Assembly: GCA_002269645.1 (NCBI GenBank)
Contig: NIVC01001888.1
Span: 124,001 to 188,000, forward strand
Source: Macrostomum lignano
Taxonomy: Eukaryota
DNA: 64,000 bases
Direction: 5' to 3'
Numbering within the stretch: the first letter of the stretch is position 1; every line of letters starts with the position of its first letter. The notes below the pieces were generated by a model. It did no database searches and had not been told where the DNA came from. It saw only the letters and a list, made by a program, of their open reading frames with translations. Position numbers and translations under genes: made by a program. Below, piece after piece: positions 21,133-33,744 of this stretch.

Positions 21133-22738
21133 CTATCCGAGAGGTGCCTGAACAGCCCGCACAATGGACCGCTCGCAGCAGGGACAATGCGGCGGCGGGC
21201 CAGACTGTCTCCTAATAAAATTCGAGCAGATCTCGCACAGGCGGATAGCGTGAGTCTCCACTCGAGCAGCCGCCAATGCGCAGACCGTATCGTACTTGGC
21301 GGTACACACGGGCTGATTGATCCGGCAGAACTGGCACAGATCTAGCAGGCTGAATGCGGGCTCGCGGAAGCGGAGAAACAGGCAGCTGAACTGCGTTGAT
21401 GCCCAGCTGATTGCGCGGACCATTCGGCGGAAGGCGTCGTCCGGGTTGGTCTCGCTTGGCACGATGCCAAACCGGCTAGCGAGAGGGCGCGGGGAGGGGC
21501 CAGGGAGTTTCTTAGAAAAAGTCACTCATGTTTGAGACAGCAGACTTTGGTATGAACCTAGTCTTTGAGAGAGAGTCATCTGCTGGGGTTCGTCTTTAGG
21601 GACGAAGTCATGGATGAGGTCATAGATGAGGTCACGGATAAGATCATAGATGATGCCACGGATAAGATCATAGATGAGGTCACGGATAAGATCATAGATG
21701 ATGCCACGGATAAGATCATAGATGATGCCACGGATAAGATCATAGATGATGCCATGGATAAGATCATAGGTGAGGTCACGGATAAGATCATAGATGATGC
21801 CACGGATAAGATCATAGATGATACCATGGATAAGATCATAGATGATGCCACGGATAAGATCATAGATGATGCCATGGATAAGATCATAGGTGAGGTCACG
21901 GATAAGATCATAGATGAGGTCACGGATAAGATCATAGATGATACCATGGATAAGATCATAGATGATGCCACGGATAAGATCATAGATGATGCCATGGATA
22001 AGATCATAGGTGAGGTCACGGATAAGATCATAGATGATGCCACGGATAAGATCATAGATGATGCCACGGATAAGATCATAGATGAGGTCACGGATAAGAT
22101 CATAGATGATGTCACGGATAAGATCATAGATGAGGTCACGGATAAGATCATAGATGAGGCCACGGATAAGATCATAGATAATGTCATCACAGCCTAAGAA
22201 AGCAGTGTCGCCGCTCTCACCGGTACAGGAACAGCACATCGTCCACAGTGATGTTCTGCCTGCAGCGATGGTCGGAGTGTCGGCTGAAGTGCTCATTCAA
22301 TCTGGCAGCGAATCGCTGGGGCGTGTCGGCTAGCCAGTGCTCGGGGCCGCCAGTCAATCTCATCAGCCGATGCCAGCGCTCTAGCAGGCCAATCAAATCG
22401 TGACAGGTCAGGTCGCCGCCTCTGGCAGATTTGAAAAACTCGAACAGCAGATGAGAGTTGGGATTACTAGCGTTGCCAGGCGGTAACCAGGCTCGCCAGC
22501 CGTCTGGCCCGCGGCAAGTGGGATCGGGGAACAGCTGTCTAGTCGATTGACTGGCGCGCAAGTGGACGTAAAACTCGGCGCTAGTTGCGTCCGGCCGGCC
22601 GGACAAAAAGCTGGCCAGCTCGTCTACTAAGGTGACGCTGTCGGACACGGCGCGGGGTGAGGGCGGAACGGCTAGGGGACTAACAGGATTGCTGACGGAT
22701 GAAGCTCTGCTGCTATCGCGCCCCGCCGCATATTGCAT
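21133..22738 (-). CDS. Candidate two-exon protein (22738-22221, 21475-21133; 286 aa) with C-terminal RING-like Cys cluster
   Basis: Phase-2 donor (TACCG|GTGAGA) and acceptor (CCCTCTCGCTAG|C) join the two ORFs in frame. C-terminus reads CQFC...C...H...CEIC...CPCC. Confidence 0.5.
21605..22185. repeat. 24-bp minisatellite (GATGAGGTCACGGATAAGATCATA variants), about 24 copies, intronic
   Basis: Tandem units read directly; produces the spurious repeat ORFs in the track. Confidence 0.95.
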
Positions 22739-22879
22739 AGACTAAAATCTATGGCGATGGGGTGGCGATGGGGCGCTGCTTATAATTAATGGCGCCTCCA
22801 CCGTCAGCAACATGCAATGAAACAGTGGCTAAGCATTTTAGGGGCTGCGGTCTGCGGCAGAAGCGGGATATCTAGAGGA

Positions 22880-23405
22880 CTGGGAATAGGATACTAGAGG
22901 GTTGTGAGTGGGATATCTAGATGGCTGAGAGTGGGATATCTAGAGGGTTGTGAGTGGGACATCTAGATGGCTGAGAGGGATATCTAGAGGGTTGGGAGTG
23001 GGATATCTAGATGGCTGAGAGTGGGATATCTAGAGGGTTGTGAGTGGGATATCTAGATGGCTGAGAGTGGGATATCCAGGGGGCTGGGAGTGGGACATCT
23101 AAAGGGCTGGGAGTGGGACATCTAAAGGGCTGGGAGTGGGACATCTAGAAGGCTGGGATTGGGATATCCAGGGGGCTGGGAGTGGGACATCTAAAGGGCT
23201 GGGAGTGGGACATCTAAAGGGCTGGGAGTGGGACATCTAGAAGGCTGGGATTGGGATATCTAGAGGGTTGGGAGTGGGATATCTAGAGGGTTGGGAGTGG
23301 GATATCTAGAGGGTTGGGAGTGGGATATCTAGAGGGTTGGGAGTGGGATATCTAGAGGGTTGGGAGTGGGATATCTAGAGGGTTGGGAGTGGGATATCTA
23401 GAGGG
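22880..23405. repeat. About 23-bp minisatellite (GGGAGTGGGATATCTAGAGGGTT)
   Basis: Tandem units read directly. Confidence 0.93.
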
Positions 23406-23668
23406 CCGGGTTGTGACTTGAGCTTAAGAGGTGAAATAAAACTTGCATGAGCAGTTCGGAATCCCACAGCCACATCAATGGTGCGTACGGATAATGAAGT
23501 ATGAGTTTGCAAATTCTCAAATGTAAAACTTTCACGTCAATTTATTGCAGTGACTGCAAGGGCAAAGTACATTTGAAAACTAAGTTACTACACGAATCGA
23601 TAATAATTGCCAATGAATAGCAATTATGACATTACAAACGAGTTTAAAAATCCGAAATGCATCAAATA

Positions 23669-23938
23669 TCAATTAGATTGCTTCTGCGGCTGTTGATCAG
23701 CCTGGTGGAAGCCCAACTGTTCGAAGTCTTCCCGAAGCATTAGGCGCTTGTCCATTCTGCATTGAAAGTAGCGCTTAGACAGGTGCTTGCACTGCGCCTG
23801 GTCGCTGTTGTTCGCTTTCAGGCAGCGCATGTACTCCACCATCTCCGCCTTGCACTCGCCGTAGTGGTCGAGGGGGAACGAGCCCTTGTCTGGCGGCTTC
23901 ACCTGCGACGGTTTCGGCAGATTTATAAAGGACGACAT
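23669..23938 (-). CDS. COX19: Cytochrome c oxidase assembly protein COX19 (twin CX9C)
   Basis: PPDKGSFPLDHYGECK...Y.RCLK......QCKHLSKRYFQCRMDKRLM..EDFEQLGF is the COX19 signature. Confidence 0.95.
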   Translation of the reverse strand: MSSFINLPKPSQVKPPDKGSFPLDHYGECKAEMVEYMRCLKANNSDQAQCKHLSKRYFQCRMDKRLMLREDFEQLGFHQADQQPQKQSN

Positions 23939-24068
23939 TGTTCCTGCAATGTGCCAATCATACAGGCTGAAATCATTATGTCAACAGATTGCATAATAAA
24001 TATTAATACATTTTTAATGTTCCTAATGATATCATTTGTGAAACTGAATGACAAGGTGCCATTTTTCA

Positions 24069-24302
24069 CATAAATGCGCAACACTTGGTCGAGCCAGCCG
24101 ATTCAGCCAGCAAAAATGCCCACCCAAGATTCAAGAAATACAGATGTAGTAATAATTAGATGACGAGGCATTTAGACTTAATAATACTGTTATAGTTACT
24201 CCTGCCGTTTACCCAAATTTAACAAAATTTTCTTAGTTTTTTTCATAGGTAAGTCACATTTTTGGCCAAAAAGTAAGTTGCATGGCCGGTTGCGCATGTA
24301 TG
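24069..24302. mobile_element. hAT-type MITE (234 bp)
   Basis: 14-bp TIR CATA(A/C)ATGCGCAAC...GTTGCGCATGTATG with perfect 8-bp TSD ATTTTTCA (24061-24068, 24303-24310). Confidence 0.85.
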
Positions 24303-26764
24303 ATTTTTCATGATGCTAGCTGGCCTCAGTCAGGATATTCGAAATCAAATAAGATTCTTCTCACATGCAAAAGTTGTAGAAGATATATATACAGATTATT
24401 CAAATTTGACAGAAGTCTTGAAATTTAAATAATTGCAAGAGTTAAATAAAATTATTGATAGCTCAAATTAAATGACAATTGAGAACAAAATTCTGAGTGT
24501 CAAATTTAAAGTTGATGACATATGCAATGATATAAAACTAGACATGGAAAGCATTGGCATAGAAATTGGCCTATTTGACATATATAAAAATATTGAATAA
24601 TACCTATAAGGTATCCTCTCCTTTCCTTCTTTCTCATCAACTATTCTATCTTTGCTGTTTGTTTAATATCATTCATGCAAAATGATTTTCCTAATATGGC
24701 CTTAGCTACTAGTCATTTTGTATATTAACTATTAGTAACTAGTAACTAATAGTAAACTACTAAATAATGACTAATAGCTTTTGTATGTTAGCTACAAGTC
24801 AAAATTGTATACATGCATTAATTTTTTAGAATTTTAAATTTACAAGTTTTAAAAACATTGTGACTTTGATAATTATACTTTTAAAATTGTCTTTTTGGCC
24901 TATTTGGCTTACATTTAAATACAATATAGGTAAAATAATAAATTTGTTAAAATAGAAAAAAAATTAATATAGTGACACAGTGAATACTTTTGCAAATGCA
25001 ATAATATATTTATATATGCTGTTTATATAAGTACTATATTATGTCATATATATACATTATAGGCTTGTATTAAGATGTTATTCTTATTACCAATAGGCCT
25101 ATTACCAAATATGTTATTGTCGAAATGACTAGTATTCTAAAGTGTCTGTGTCAATAATGTAAAATTCAAACTCAAGCACTTTTTAAACTTTCTTAGACAT
25201 TCATTGACCCCTACTATATATTTAACCAATCAAAGCAGGAAATTCTTCATTATTTAGCAGTGCTATTTAATGGTAAGAATATCTTCTATAATGGTACAAA
25301 AAGAAATTTGATAAAGAGAGCAATGGAAGAGTGGGTAGATTCTAAGGATGAAGACCTAAAAGAGATATAGGATAGTAAAGTCTAGGCTATATGATAATAA
25401 AAATTCACTTGGTCTTAGCAATTCTTCTCTAGACTGTTGCTATAATGTAGAAAGCAGCCTTCTTGTATTTTCTTAGTTGACATTGCAATTATTTAGGTTG
25501 ACATGACAACTTGACAATGATTTGATCCACTACATTTTGTCTGCTACCTTTTCATCTACTAATTTTAAAGTAATTTTGTCCATAAATTTGGTCATTTTAA
25601 AAGCCAAATGCCAATGTGTACTTCATACACCAAGCGCGCAAAGAAAAAAATTTGAACAATAAAGGCGCGAAGAAATAGTGGAATTTTTTACCAGAAAAGT
25701 GCACATAATGTCAGGTTTAAATTTAGCAATGTAAACACTAGCGCCAATACTAATTTACTAAAGCTCCCACTAAGCCAAAAATTTTTAAGGAAGTTTTGCA
25801 TGCACGCGCATTTTATTTTTTGCCTTCCGCGCAGAACTCGTTTTTTGTTTCTTTTGGGATGAATTTCCCCCGGGTGGTGGTTTCTGGCGTTTTCTATGAA
25901 TATTAACAGAAATTTGGGTCTCAGTTAAATGTCACTAGACACAACGCAAATAAAACGGTTTATCAATATACTATATAAAACTTCGAATTTATTATAGTCT
26001 TAAACTAGCTTTATTAAGCTGACTGCAACCTAAATACCTTCAAAGCTATTTTTTAAATTCTTTTGACCGCGGCGGTTTGTTTTTCTGCTGGCAATTGTCG
26101 AGGTCCGGTACAACTCACGCAATCAAAAATGCTTATCTTAAATAAGCATTAAACTTAAAAATGTATAAATAGGTATAATAGAAGGGCTTGCACGTTGCCC
26201 ATTAAATTGCCTCTGCTGAGCACACAGGGGCATAGTCTAGCTAGGGGTGGGTGGGGTCGCCTCAATCGGTTGGCAAAAGCATGTTGAACACCTTCGGGTC
26301 CATGAAAATTGCCCGCAGACAAATTGCCCGAAGAGATTGCCTGCGAGCGAATTGCCCAAGGAGTTTTTTCCTGTCGAGGTTTGCCCGCAATGCCTTAGTA
26401 AGTCTCAATAAAGAGATTTACCCGATCAAAACGTTTTGATAGTAACTGCAGCATAGCATATCAAATTGCATATTTTCTTGTAGGTATTTTTATATATACA
26501 CGCAGGGGGTTACATCGTTCGGTGAGCTATTAATCTCTTTTTTAGACATACTAAGCATTGGGGGGGGGCAATGCAGACAGAATCTGCCACGTGGCAAAAT
26601 ACGCTGCAGGAAAATACATGCATTAAAGCGAGGCAAGCCTCGGCTGAAAAAATCTCACAGTGAGCAATTTACTCGCACGGTAAATTGCACTCAAGGACCT
26701 GTATGTAGCTATATACAGTGGCTAGTGGTCCTTGCGTGCGCGAGTAACGCGGTCTTTTGTCCTA

Positions 26765-26890
26765 CCGGGTCAGCGGCGCCCGAGCACTTGATCCGGACAG
26801 AGCCTACTATAGCTATGTATACATGTACATGTACATGTACATAGCCTGCTGCCCTGAGCCGCTGCAGGATGTCCTGCTACTGACGCTGCA
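26765..26890 (+). mobile_element. Short diverged fragment of a related LINE RT 3' region, opposite orientation
   Basis: Translates as CCPEPLQDVLLLT versus YCPEPLQDVLLWT in the adjacent LINE. Confidence 0.55.
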
Positions 26891-26968
26891 AGCACTGCGT
26901 ATGTATGGTAGTGTACAGGGAAGGGCGGCTTGTACTGTTACTGTACTTGGTTGACCGACTAAATGAAA

Positions 26969-29900
26969 TGTAATAATAATAATAATAATAATAGTTACGC
27001 CCCACGCCAGCCACAGAAGTGGCCAAAAGGGGGGAGCGTAAAATCGCGCGTTTCAGAGCTAGGTCTCTAATGTGCTTCACACCGGCCGCCTGGCTGGGTG
27101 CTCACGCATCTTCAAAAAGGCGGTCGACGTAGCGGGCTGATCGTCCCTGGCCACGCCTGCGCGGTCCCTGCGGGGTCCACAGCAGGACGTCCTGCAGCGG
27201 CTCTGGGCAGTAGGCTTCGGCCCGGATGACATGTCCGGCCAGCCGCAGGCGCCGCTGACTCAGCAGGGCAGAAGGCCGCGTCAGGCCTGTGCGCTTGTAC
27301 AGGGACTCGGTTGTCTCGCTGCCAGGGCCGCGGCGGGCGCCGAAAGCGGCGCGGACTAGGGCCGCATGTGCCGCGTCGAGCTGCGCCTCAAGCGCCCCGG
27401 TCAGCGTCCAGGTCTCAGCATTGTACAGCAGGGCGGTCTCAACAACCGCCTGGAACAGCTGGGACCTGGCGTCGTCGGACAGGGCCTCGGAGAGCAGCAC
27501 CGCCCGCACAGATCTTAAGGCAGCCCAGGCCTTGCCGCGCCGTCTCGCTAGGTCGTCGCCGAAGTCCGGCACCAGTCCGCCGAGGTAGACGAACTGAAGG
27601 CACTTCGGGAGCGACGTCCCGGGGCCGTCGCCGTCTCGAAGTCGAATCTCGGCGGGTAAATCATGCGGCACCGTCAGCACCTCGGTCTTCCTGGCGTTGA
27701 TGACGAGACCGACCCTCGCCGCCGCTGCAGTCAAGCCGTCCAGCAGCCGTTGGGCGCCTTCGGCCGTCGAAGACAGCAGGGCGAGGTCGTCCGCGTAGCC
27801 AAGGACAGACAGTTTCTTTTCCGGGTGCCGTCTACTGGTGCGCCTTTGCAGCAGAAAGCCGTCCTCTGATGTCGGCAGGCCGGTCCTGAGCACCCAGTCC
27901 ATCACCAGCACGAAGAGAAAGGGCGCCAGAGTGTCACCCTGTAGAACTCCGGACGTCGTGCTAAACAGGTCCGACGGTCCGTCTGGCGTCGCTACCGCGG
28001 CGGTGGTGTCCTGATACAGCGCCATGATGGCGGAGATCAGCTGCTGCGGCACGTTGTAGGCACGGAGAACGTGAGGCAGCGCGCCGCGCGTCACCGAGTC
28101 GAAGGCCTTGAGGAAGTCAACAAAGATGACGATAAGGCTTGACTGGTGGATGCGCGCCTCCTCGATGATGCGGCGGAGGGCCAGGATCTGTGTCACCGTA
28201 CCGCGACGGGGGCGGAACCCGTTCTGCTCGTACCGCAGGAACTAGTCCAGCACGGGCTGTAACCGTGCTAATAGCAACGGTTGAACAGCTTCGCGGTACA
28301 GGACATGAGCGAGATTCCACGATGCTCCTCCTTCCGTGTAGTGCCCGGCTTCTTCGGGATGCCGACGATGTTGGCCTGGGTCCACTCGTGGGGCGCGGGG
28401 CCTCCCGCCAGGACGCCGTTCATCACGCGGGCCACCTCAGTGGCAACCCTTGTGACTCGCAGCGCCTCGACGGGGACCTCGTCCGGGCCGGGGGCGCGGC
28501 CTCCCGGAGCCCTGCGGGCGAATTCCACGACGTCGGTGCTGGTCACAGGACGGGTGTCGAAGTCCTCCTGCCGCGGCAGCGCCACCTCGGGGGGCAGCGG
28601 CATCTCGTTCGGCAGAGTCGGCGGCGGCGAAGAAGGTGCGCAGCTCGTTTCTGCGCTCTTCGGCCGTGTCGCCAGCCAGGTTGAGCGCCGTCTTCTTTTT
28701 GCGACCGGTTAGGGCGTTCACGACCGGCCAGACGACCCTATTCTGCCGTTCAGGCCCAACGGAGGCGACTGCCCTGATTGCGTCGTCAACAGCGGCTTGC
28801 TGTCGACTAGCGTAGGCGTCTGCCAGGGCTTTCTCGGCATCGGATGTCGGTCGCCTGGCTCGTCGCAGCTGCTCGACTGTGCGGCGGGCCTCTCGGACCT
28901 CCGGGTCGCTCGCCCAAACCGGAAGTTGCCGTGACGCGGGCTCCATAAGCGGCAGAGTTTTAGCAGCGGCAGTGGTGATGGCTGAGCTGATTGTGGAGTA
29001 GTCTGGCGCCTGCGCAGATCCCAGGGCAGTCGCGAAGGTGTACGCAAAGTTGCTGAGGGTACCAGGGTCTTGCAAGGCGCGGAAAAATAGTCTCCTAGGG
29101 CGTTTTGGTGGCCTGTACAGCGGGTCAGAGAGCCTCAGGTCGCAGTAGAGAAGGCGATGGTCGGACCGGACAGCCAGGGGTTCCACTGTGTCACAGTTCT
29201 GCAGCCGACTGCGTTCGCGGTGTCGAACCAGCACGTGGTCAAGCTGTGCCAGGCGGGTCGTGGCGAGTCGGCCTCGCGCATTCTGTTTCCTTCGCTTGCA
29301 GCCGGCGAATGTTGCCAGCCGGTTGGGTGGTTTGCGGAAGCGCGTGTTGGCCGACACCAGGTCGAGCCTCGCCATCAGGTCCGCTAGCGCGGCGGTGTTG
29401 GCGTTCTGGCGTGGCGACACAAACGGGCAGCGCTCGGACCGCGGTGCCACGGCGTTGAGGTCACCAAGCACCACCACAGTGTCGCGGTGCGCCACCGACT
29501 CGAGCTGCTCGGACAGGAGCTCGAAGAACTCCTGTGCCTCCTGCTGATGGGCAGCCGTGGGAGCGTACGCACAGAACAGCCGCGCATTGCAGCGGCGCAG
29601 CCTCACGTCCACGCGCAGCAGTCGGGCTGACAAGCTGACGCAGCAGACGCTCTCGCGTAGCCGTGGTCCGACGAGCGCGCCGACTCCTCCGTGGCCTCTG
29701 CTGTCCGCTGACGTGTAGTGCAGCGTCCAGCCGGCCCCCAGGTCTTCACGGTGAAGTCCAGACTCAGCAGTGATTGACAACTCCTGCAGCATGACGAGGT
29801 CTAGCCGCAGGTCAGATGCCAGCAGTGCGAGCATGCCCCTTCTCCAGGCGGACTTCAGTGTTCGGCAGTTAAAGGTGGCTAGTCTTAGAGCGCGGTTTGT

Positions 29901-30190
29901 AAAGGCTGGGGCCCGATGTTGGTGGGCCTCACGGTTCCCGGCGCCACCCGGCGGAGCCGACTGGACGGGGGTCGGCGGGTCAGAGTTGCCAGCAGACTGG
30001 CGAAGGCGGCCTTTCGTTCGTCCTCGCCGGTTGCGTTCCCTTCGCCGTTCAATGCGACGTCGGGTGCTTCGCTGTCCACGCCGTCCTCCTGTCCTGCCGC
30101 ACTTAGCAGCCGCAGCACCAGGGCGCGGCTCTCCGTGTTGGCCGAGGCAAGCGCTGGGGCTCCAGCGTCACCAGGAGGCAGCGGCATTTA
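26969..30190 (-). mobile_element. RTE-like non-LTR retrotransposon (APE + RT), near full length, at least 2 frameshifts
   Basis: APE motifs LATFNCRTL, LQE, VLGDLNA, LDHVLV, SDH. RT motifs RGISL, FVDFLKAFDSV, GVLQGDTLAPFLF, YADD, YLG. About 100-bp 3' UTR followed by an (ATT)n tail at 26969-26992. Confidence 0.92.
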
Positions 30191-30502
30191 TTTGCACCAG
30201 GGTGCATTTCTTTAGAGGTATTTAAATTTCAAAAGTACCTTTTAAGTAAAGCATGCAATAAATTGAGTCTTCGCAGTAAGAGACCGTCTTTACGGCTTTA
30301 CGAAATGTAAATAAATTTTAATGCATGTTAGATTTGCTCACTTACATGTACGAGTATGTCTCGTAATGCAATTATGCTTAAAATAAAAATTCAACAGCCA
30401 AAAATTGTATTTTTCATTCAAACAATCAATAACTAACAAACGATAGTAATAGTAATATGATAGTACTGTACGTGCATGAGTGCATGTGTACTCAGTCAAG
30501 GC

Positions 30503-32050
30503 TTAAGCATAATCGTCGCTATACCGCGAAGCGTTGTCATCTTCGGACAAGTCCGACAAGCGGGTCGCATTGCCGCGCAGCTTGCGCAAATCCGTGGCGG
30601 TCTCGTTCAGGCAGACCCGCTGGATATTGGTGCCGCACTCTTCGTACTCGGTCAGTAGGGCGTGCAGCTTCGGCCCGAATCGGCGCTGAGCCTCCTGCAG
30701 CCAGCGTCGGTGAAGCAGCGGCAGGTGGCGCGGCTTCTCTTCGAGTAGCTCTTCAAGCTGGCGCTGGCCTCGAGTCTCTGTGGCCAGCATTGCTCGCTCG
30801 TTGTCCATGTGCAACTGCTGGATGTTGGCAAAGTACGGGACAGCTCGTACAGTTAAGGGAATTTCCGGTTAGGCAGTTAGGGGGTCTTTCCGGTGGGACA
30901 GTTGAGGTAGTTTCCCTTGAGACAAATGAGAGACATTTTGGATGAGACAGTTAAACTGAAAGAGTAGTTTCCAGTGAGATTGTCAGAGGAGTTTCCAGAG
31001 ACATTTCAGAGAAGTTCCGGTGAGACATTTCAGAGAAGTTCCGGTGAGACATTTCAGAGAATTTGCGGTGAGACATTTCAGAGAAGTTCCGGTGAGACAT
31101 TTCAGAGAAGTTCCGGTGAGACATTTCAGAGAATTTACGGTGAGACATTTCAGAGAATTTCCGGTGAGACATTTCAGAGAAGTTCCGGTGAGACATTTCA
31201 GGGAATTTCCGGTGAGACATTTCAGAGAAGTTCCGGTGAGACATTTCAGAGAAGTTCCGGTGAGACATTTCAGAGAAGTTCCGGTGAGACATTTCAGAGA
31301 AGTTCCGGTGAGACATTTCAGAGAAGTTCCGGTGAGACATTTCAGGGAATTTCCGGTGAGACATTTCAGGGAATTTCCGGTGAGACTTTTCAGGGGATTT
31401 CCGATGAGACATTTCAGGGGATTTCCGGTGAGACATTTCAGGGAATTTCCGGTGAGAAATTTCAGGGGATTTCCGATGAGACATTTCAGGGAATTTCCGG
31501 TGAGACATTTCAGGGGATTTCCGGTGAGACATTTCAGGGGATGTCTCGTGAGACATTTCAGGGAATTGCTGGTGAGGCAGTTGGGGTTTTCGGTGAGCAA
31601 TTTCAAAGAATTTCCGGTGAGAAGTTTGGGACTTTCAGAGAATTCGACTTCCATGCAGTAATAAAACTTCAAATCGCCGACATAAAAGCTGACATCTAGC
31701 AAGAGCAATATCTCGTGCCTATCAGGCGGGAACTACAATCATGCGATAAGCAGCAAGCTGCGGCTCACATCCTGCTGTGTTCCTACGCCTTGCAGCACGC
31801 GGTCGGCCCTCTCAAACAGCCGGTCGTAGCTGTCCCATTCGTCGAACATAGTATAGGCGAAATACTCTGGATAAGACAGTATAAAAAGCGCCAGAACGAA
31901 GAAGGTGCCGTACAACGCAAAGAACAGCAGATAAGGACTGTGCCAGATCTTCAGGGTGACAGTTTCTTCAATGTAATTCTGCACAAATTCCGTACTTAAT
32001 AGTATCTGCTGGGCTACAGATTCCATTTTGCATTCGCGCTTGTAGCACAT
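30503..32050 (-). CDS. Candidate spliced gene for an unknown membrane protein (hydrophobic segment exon about 32050-31769; charged/helical exon about 30820-30503)
   Basis: Two coding-like ORFs either side of a minisatellite, with plausible GAT|GTGAGC donor and CCAG/CAG acceptor. TM-like YLLFFALYGTFFVLALFILSY. No family recognised. Confidence 0.4.
31000..31560. repeat. 24-bp minisatellite (GAGACATTTCAG(A/G)GAA(G/T)TTCCGGT), about 23 copies
   Basis: Tandem units read directly. Confidence 0.95.
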
Positions 32051-32389
32051 GCTTGAGTTGGCAGTACTCCAGCAGGAACAGGTTGCAGAGATGACAGCTC
32101 GATAACAGCCAGCAGACTTAGATTTGCTTTATTTTATACATAAAAGATTGAATTTTGGGTATAGCGAGTTATCAATTCGAGTCGGTAAGTTCAATTTCCA
32201 GATGCTGTTCGACATCTCTTCTGTTGTCTATGGCTAAAACCACTCGTATTTCGCCGGCTTTTTTCACCGCCAATTTCTCTGCTCAAGTTGAACGATAAAC
32301 AAAACAGTTTCTCTTGAAGTTGAGTAAGGCCACAGATACTAAAATAACTACGGTAGATGGGTTACTCAGGTATATGTACATATGTAACA

Positions 32390-32545
32390 GCTTTCTACTT
32401 TCAGTTCAGTAGCAATGAAGAATACATAAGCTATTTTATAAAAAAAGGCAGTTGAAACTACTGTGATAGGTTTAGAAGCCCAAGCTTGCATGCGTAAACA
32501 ACTTGCTAATTGGTTCAGCAGTAATGTACATTAGCCAGTCCACTG
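32390..32545 (+). repeat. Dispersed repeat fragment; other copies at about 54325-54475 (+) and 46245-46405 (-)
   Basis: Shared blocks TTCAGTAGCAATGAAGAATACATAAGCT and TTGCTAATTGGTT.AGC..TAATGTACATTAGCCA. Confidence 0.7.
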
Positions 32546-32884
32546 TACACAGTGTCGAAAGGCTCAGTTGGAGCGTTTGGGCTGGGGGTTATTTTTTTAT
32601 TAGAGGCAGGGGGGTTGTATGCACCCTGGTGCACTTTAAGCGACATAGGCACACAACCGGCGAGAGGCATTACTGCCCATTCCCCCCGACTCCCCTGAGC
32701 AGGCATACAAGCGCGCCGATACGTACGCAGTCACACACACAGGAGTGTACAGCGGCCCTAACTTTATATTATCGTTAGGCATGTACACTTCACTGCGCCT
32801 TGGGGGGTTGGCTCTCAAGGCCGTTAATTGCACGAGCAGAGCCAAGCCGAGATTCCAATTCAGCCCCAAATTAATGTGACTGCA

Positions 32885-32947
32885 CTTGGATTCGAGCCTG
32901 GGTCGCTGGCACACCAGAGCCTGCGCTACCGCTGGGCTTACGGCTGG
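32885..32947 (-). mobile_element. tRNA-derived SINE head (degenerate)
   Basis: Minus strand has A-box-like TAAGCCCAGCGG and B-box-like GGCTCGAATCC. Confidence 0.45.
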
Positions 32948-33744
32948 AGGTTAGGAGCCAATAAATAAGCCTTGGCTTTAAAAATACATTAAAATGCTTC
33001 TGTTCAACTTACTACTGAGCTGAAAGTAGTTTACATGCAAATGTGCTGAGTGGCCCATCTAGTTATTTTAGTATATGTGAGTAAGACTAACCTTACAGGG
33101 CCTGTACATACATAATTCTAACAGGCGAACCTGCCTCTGTAACATGTACATGGAATCCTTTGCTTATTCTGTAATGGGAACTTCTGACATCTTATAGACT
33201 TTGTTTTTATTCCCACAGCATGGTGAGAAATTAGTGACAGACAAGCAAACGCGGGAATAGATCAGAAATTTGATTCACATGGAGCGAAGGCTCGCACAAG
33301 AACAGCCGCACAGTTTGAAGCATGCTGTTTGTATTAGAAAAGATTTTGTAACTAACGATACTCATGGCGGATAAGGAAATGCATTCAGCAAACCCTACTT
33401 GAAATTACCTTAATAATTGAACAAACTAATTGAGTTAAAATAACACCGGAACATAGATTAGGTAAACTAACGTTACTACTAGCAGCGAGGGACAGCAGTA
33501 GCTAATGATGCATTCGAGTTTTTGCAATGGCTGGACTTGCACAATTTTGGAAACTTAAAAAACCAACTGCCATACCGAACAGAGTGACGCAAAAGTTTGT
33601 TAAGGAAAGCTACACTAATATGTATATATATATAGTAGAGTAAAACTTACTTCTATCGTACAGAGTAGTTAGTCCAAGCTTACTGCTGCCAACACAATTG
33701 AGGCTTAGTAGGGGATAGAGACAGACACTAAGATAGGCAATAAG

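Noticed and set aside
21526-22296. DEVTDKII / YDLIRGII repeat ORFs resembling a surface antigen
   Set aside because: 24-bp minisatellite open in several frames and on both strands; best explained as intronic.
26955-30320. Target-site duplication for the RTE-like LINE
   Set aside because: Only a short AT-rich match (GAAATGTAA) was found, which is not convincing.
30951-31708. Repeat ORFs in four frames
   Set aside because: Product of a 24-bp minisatellite.
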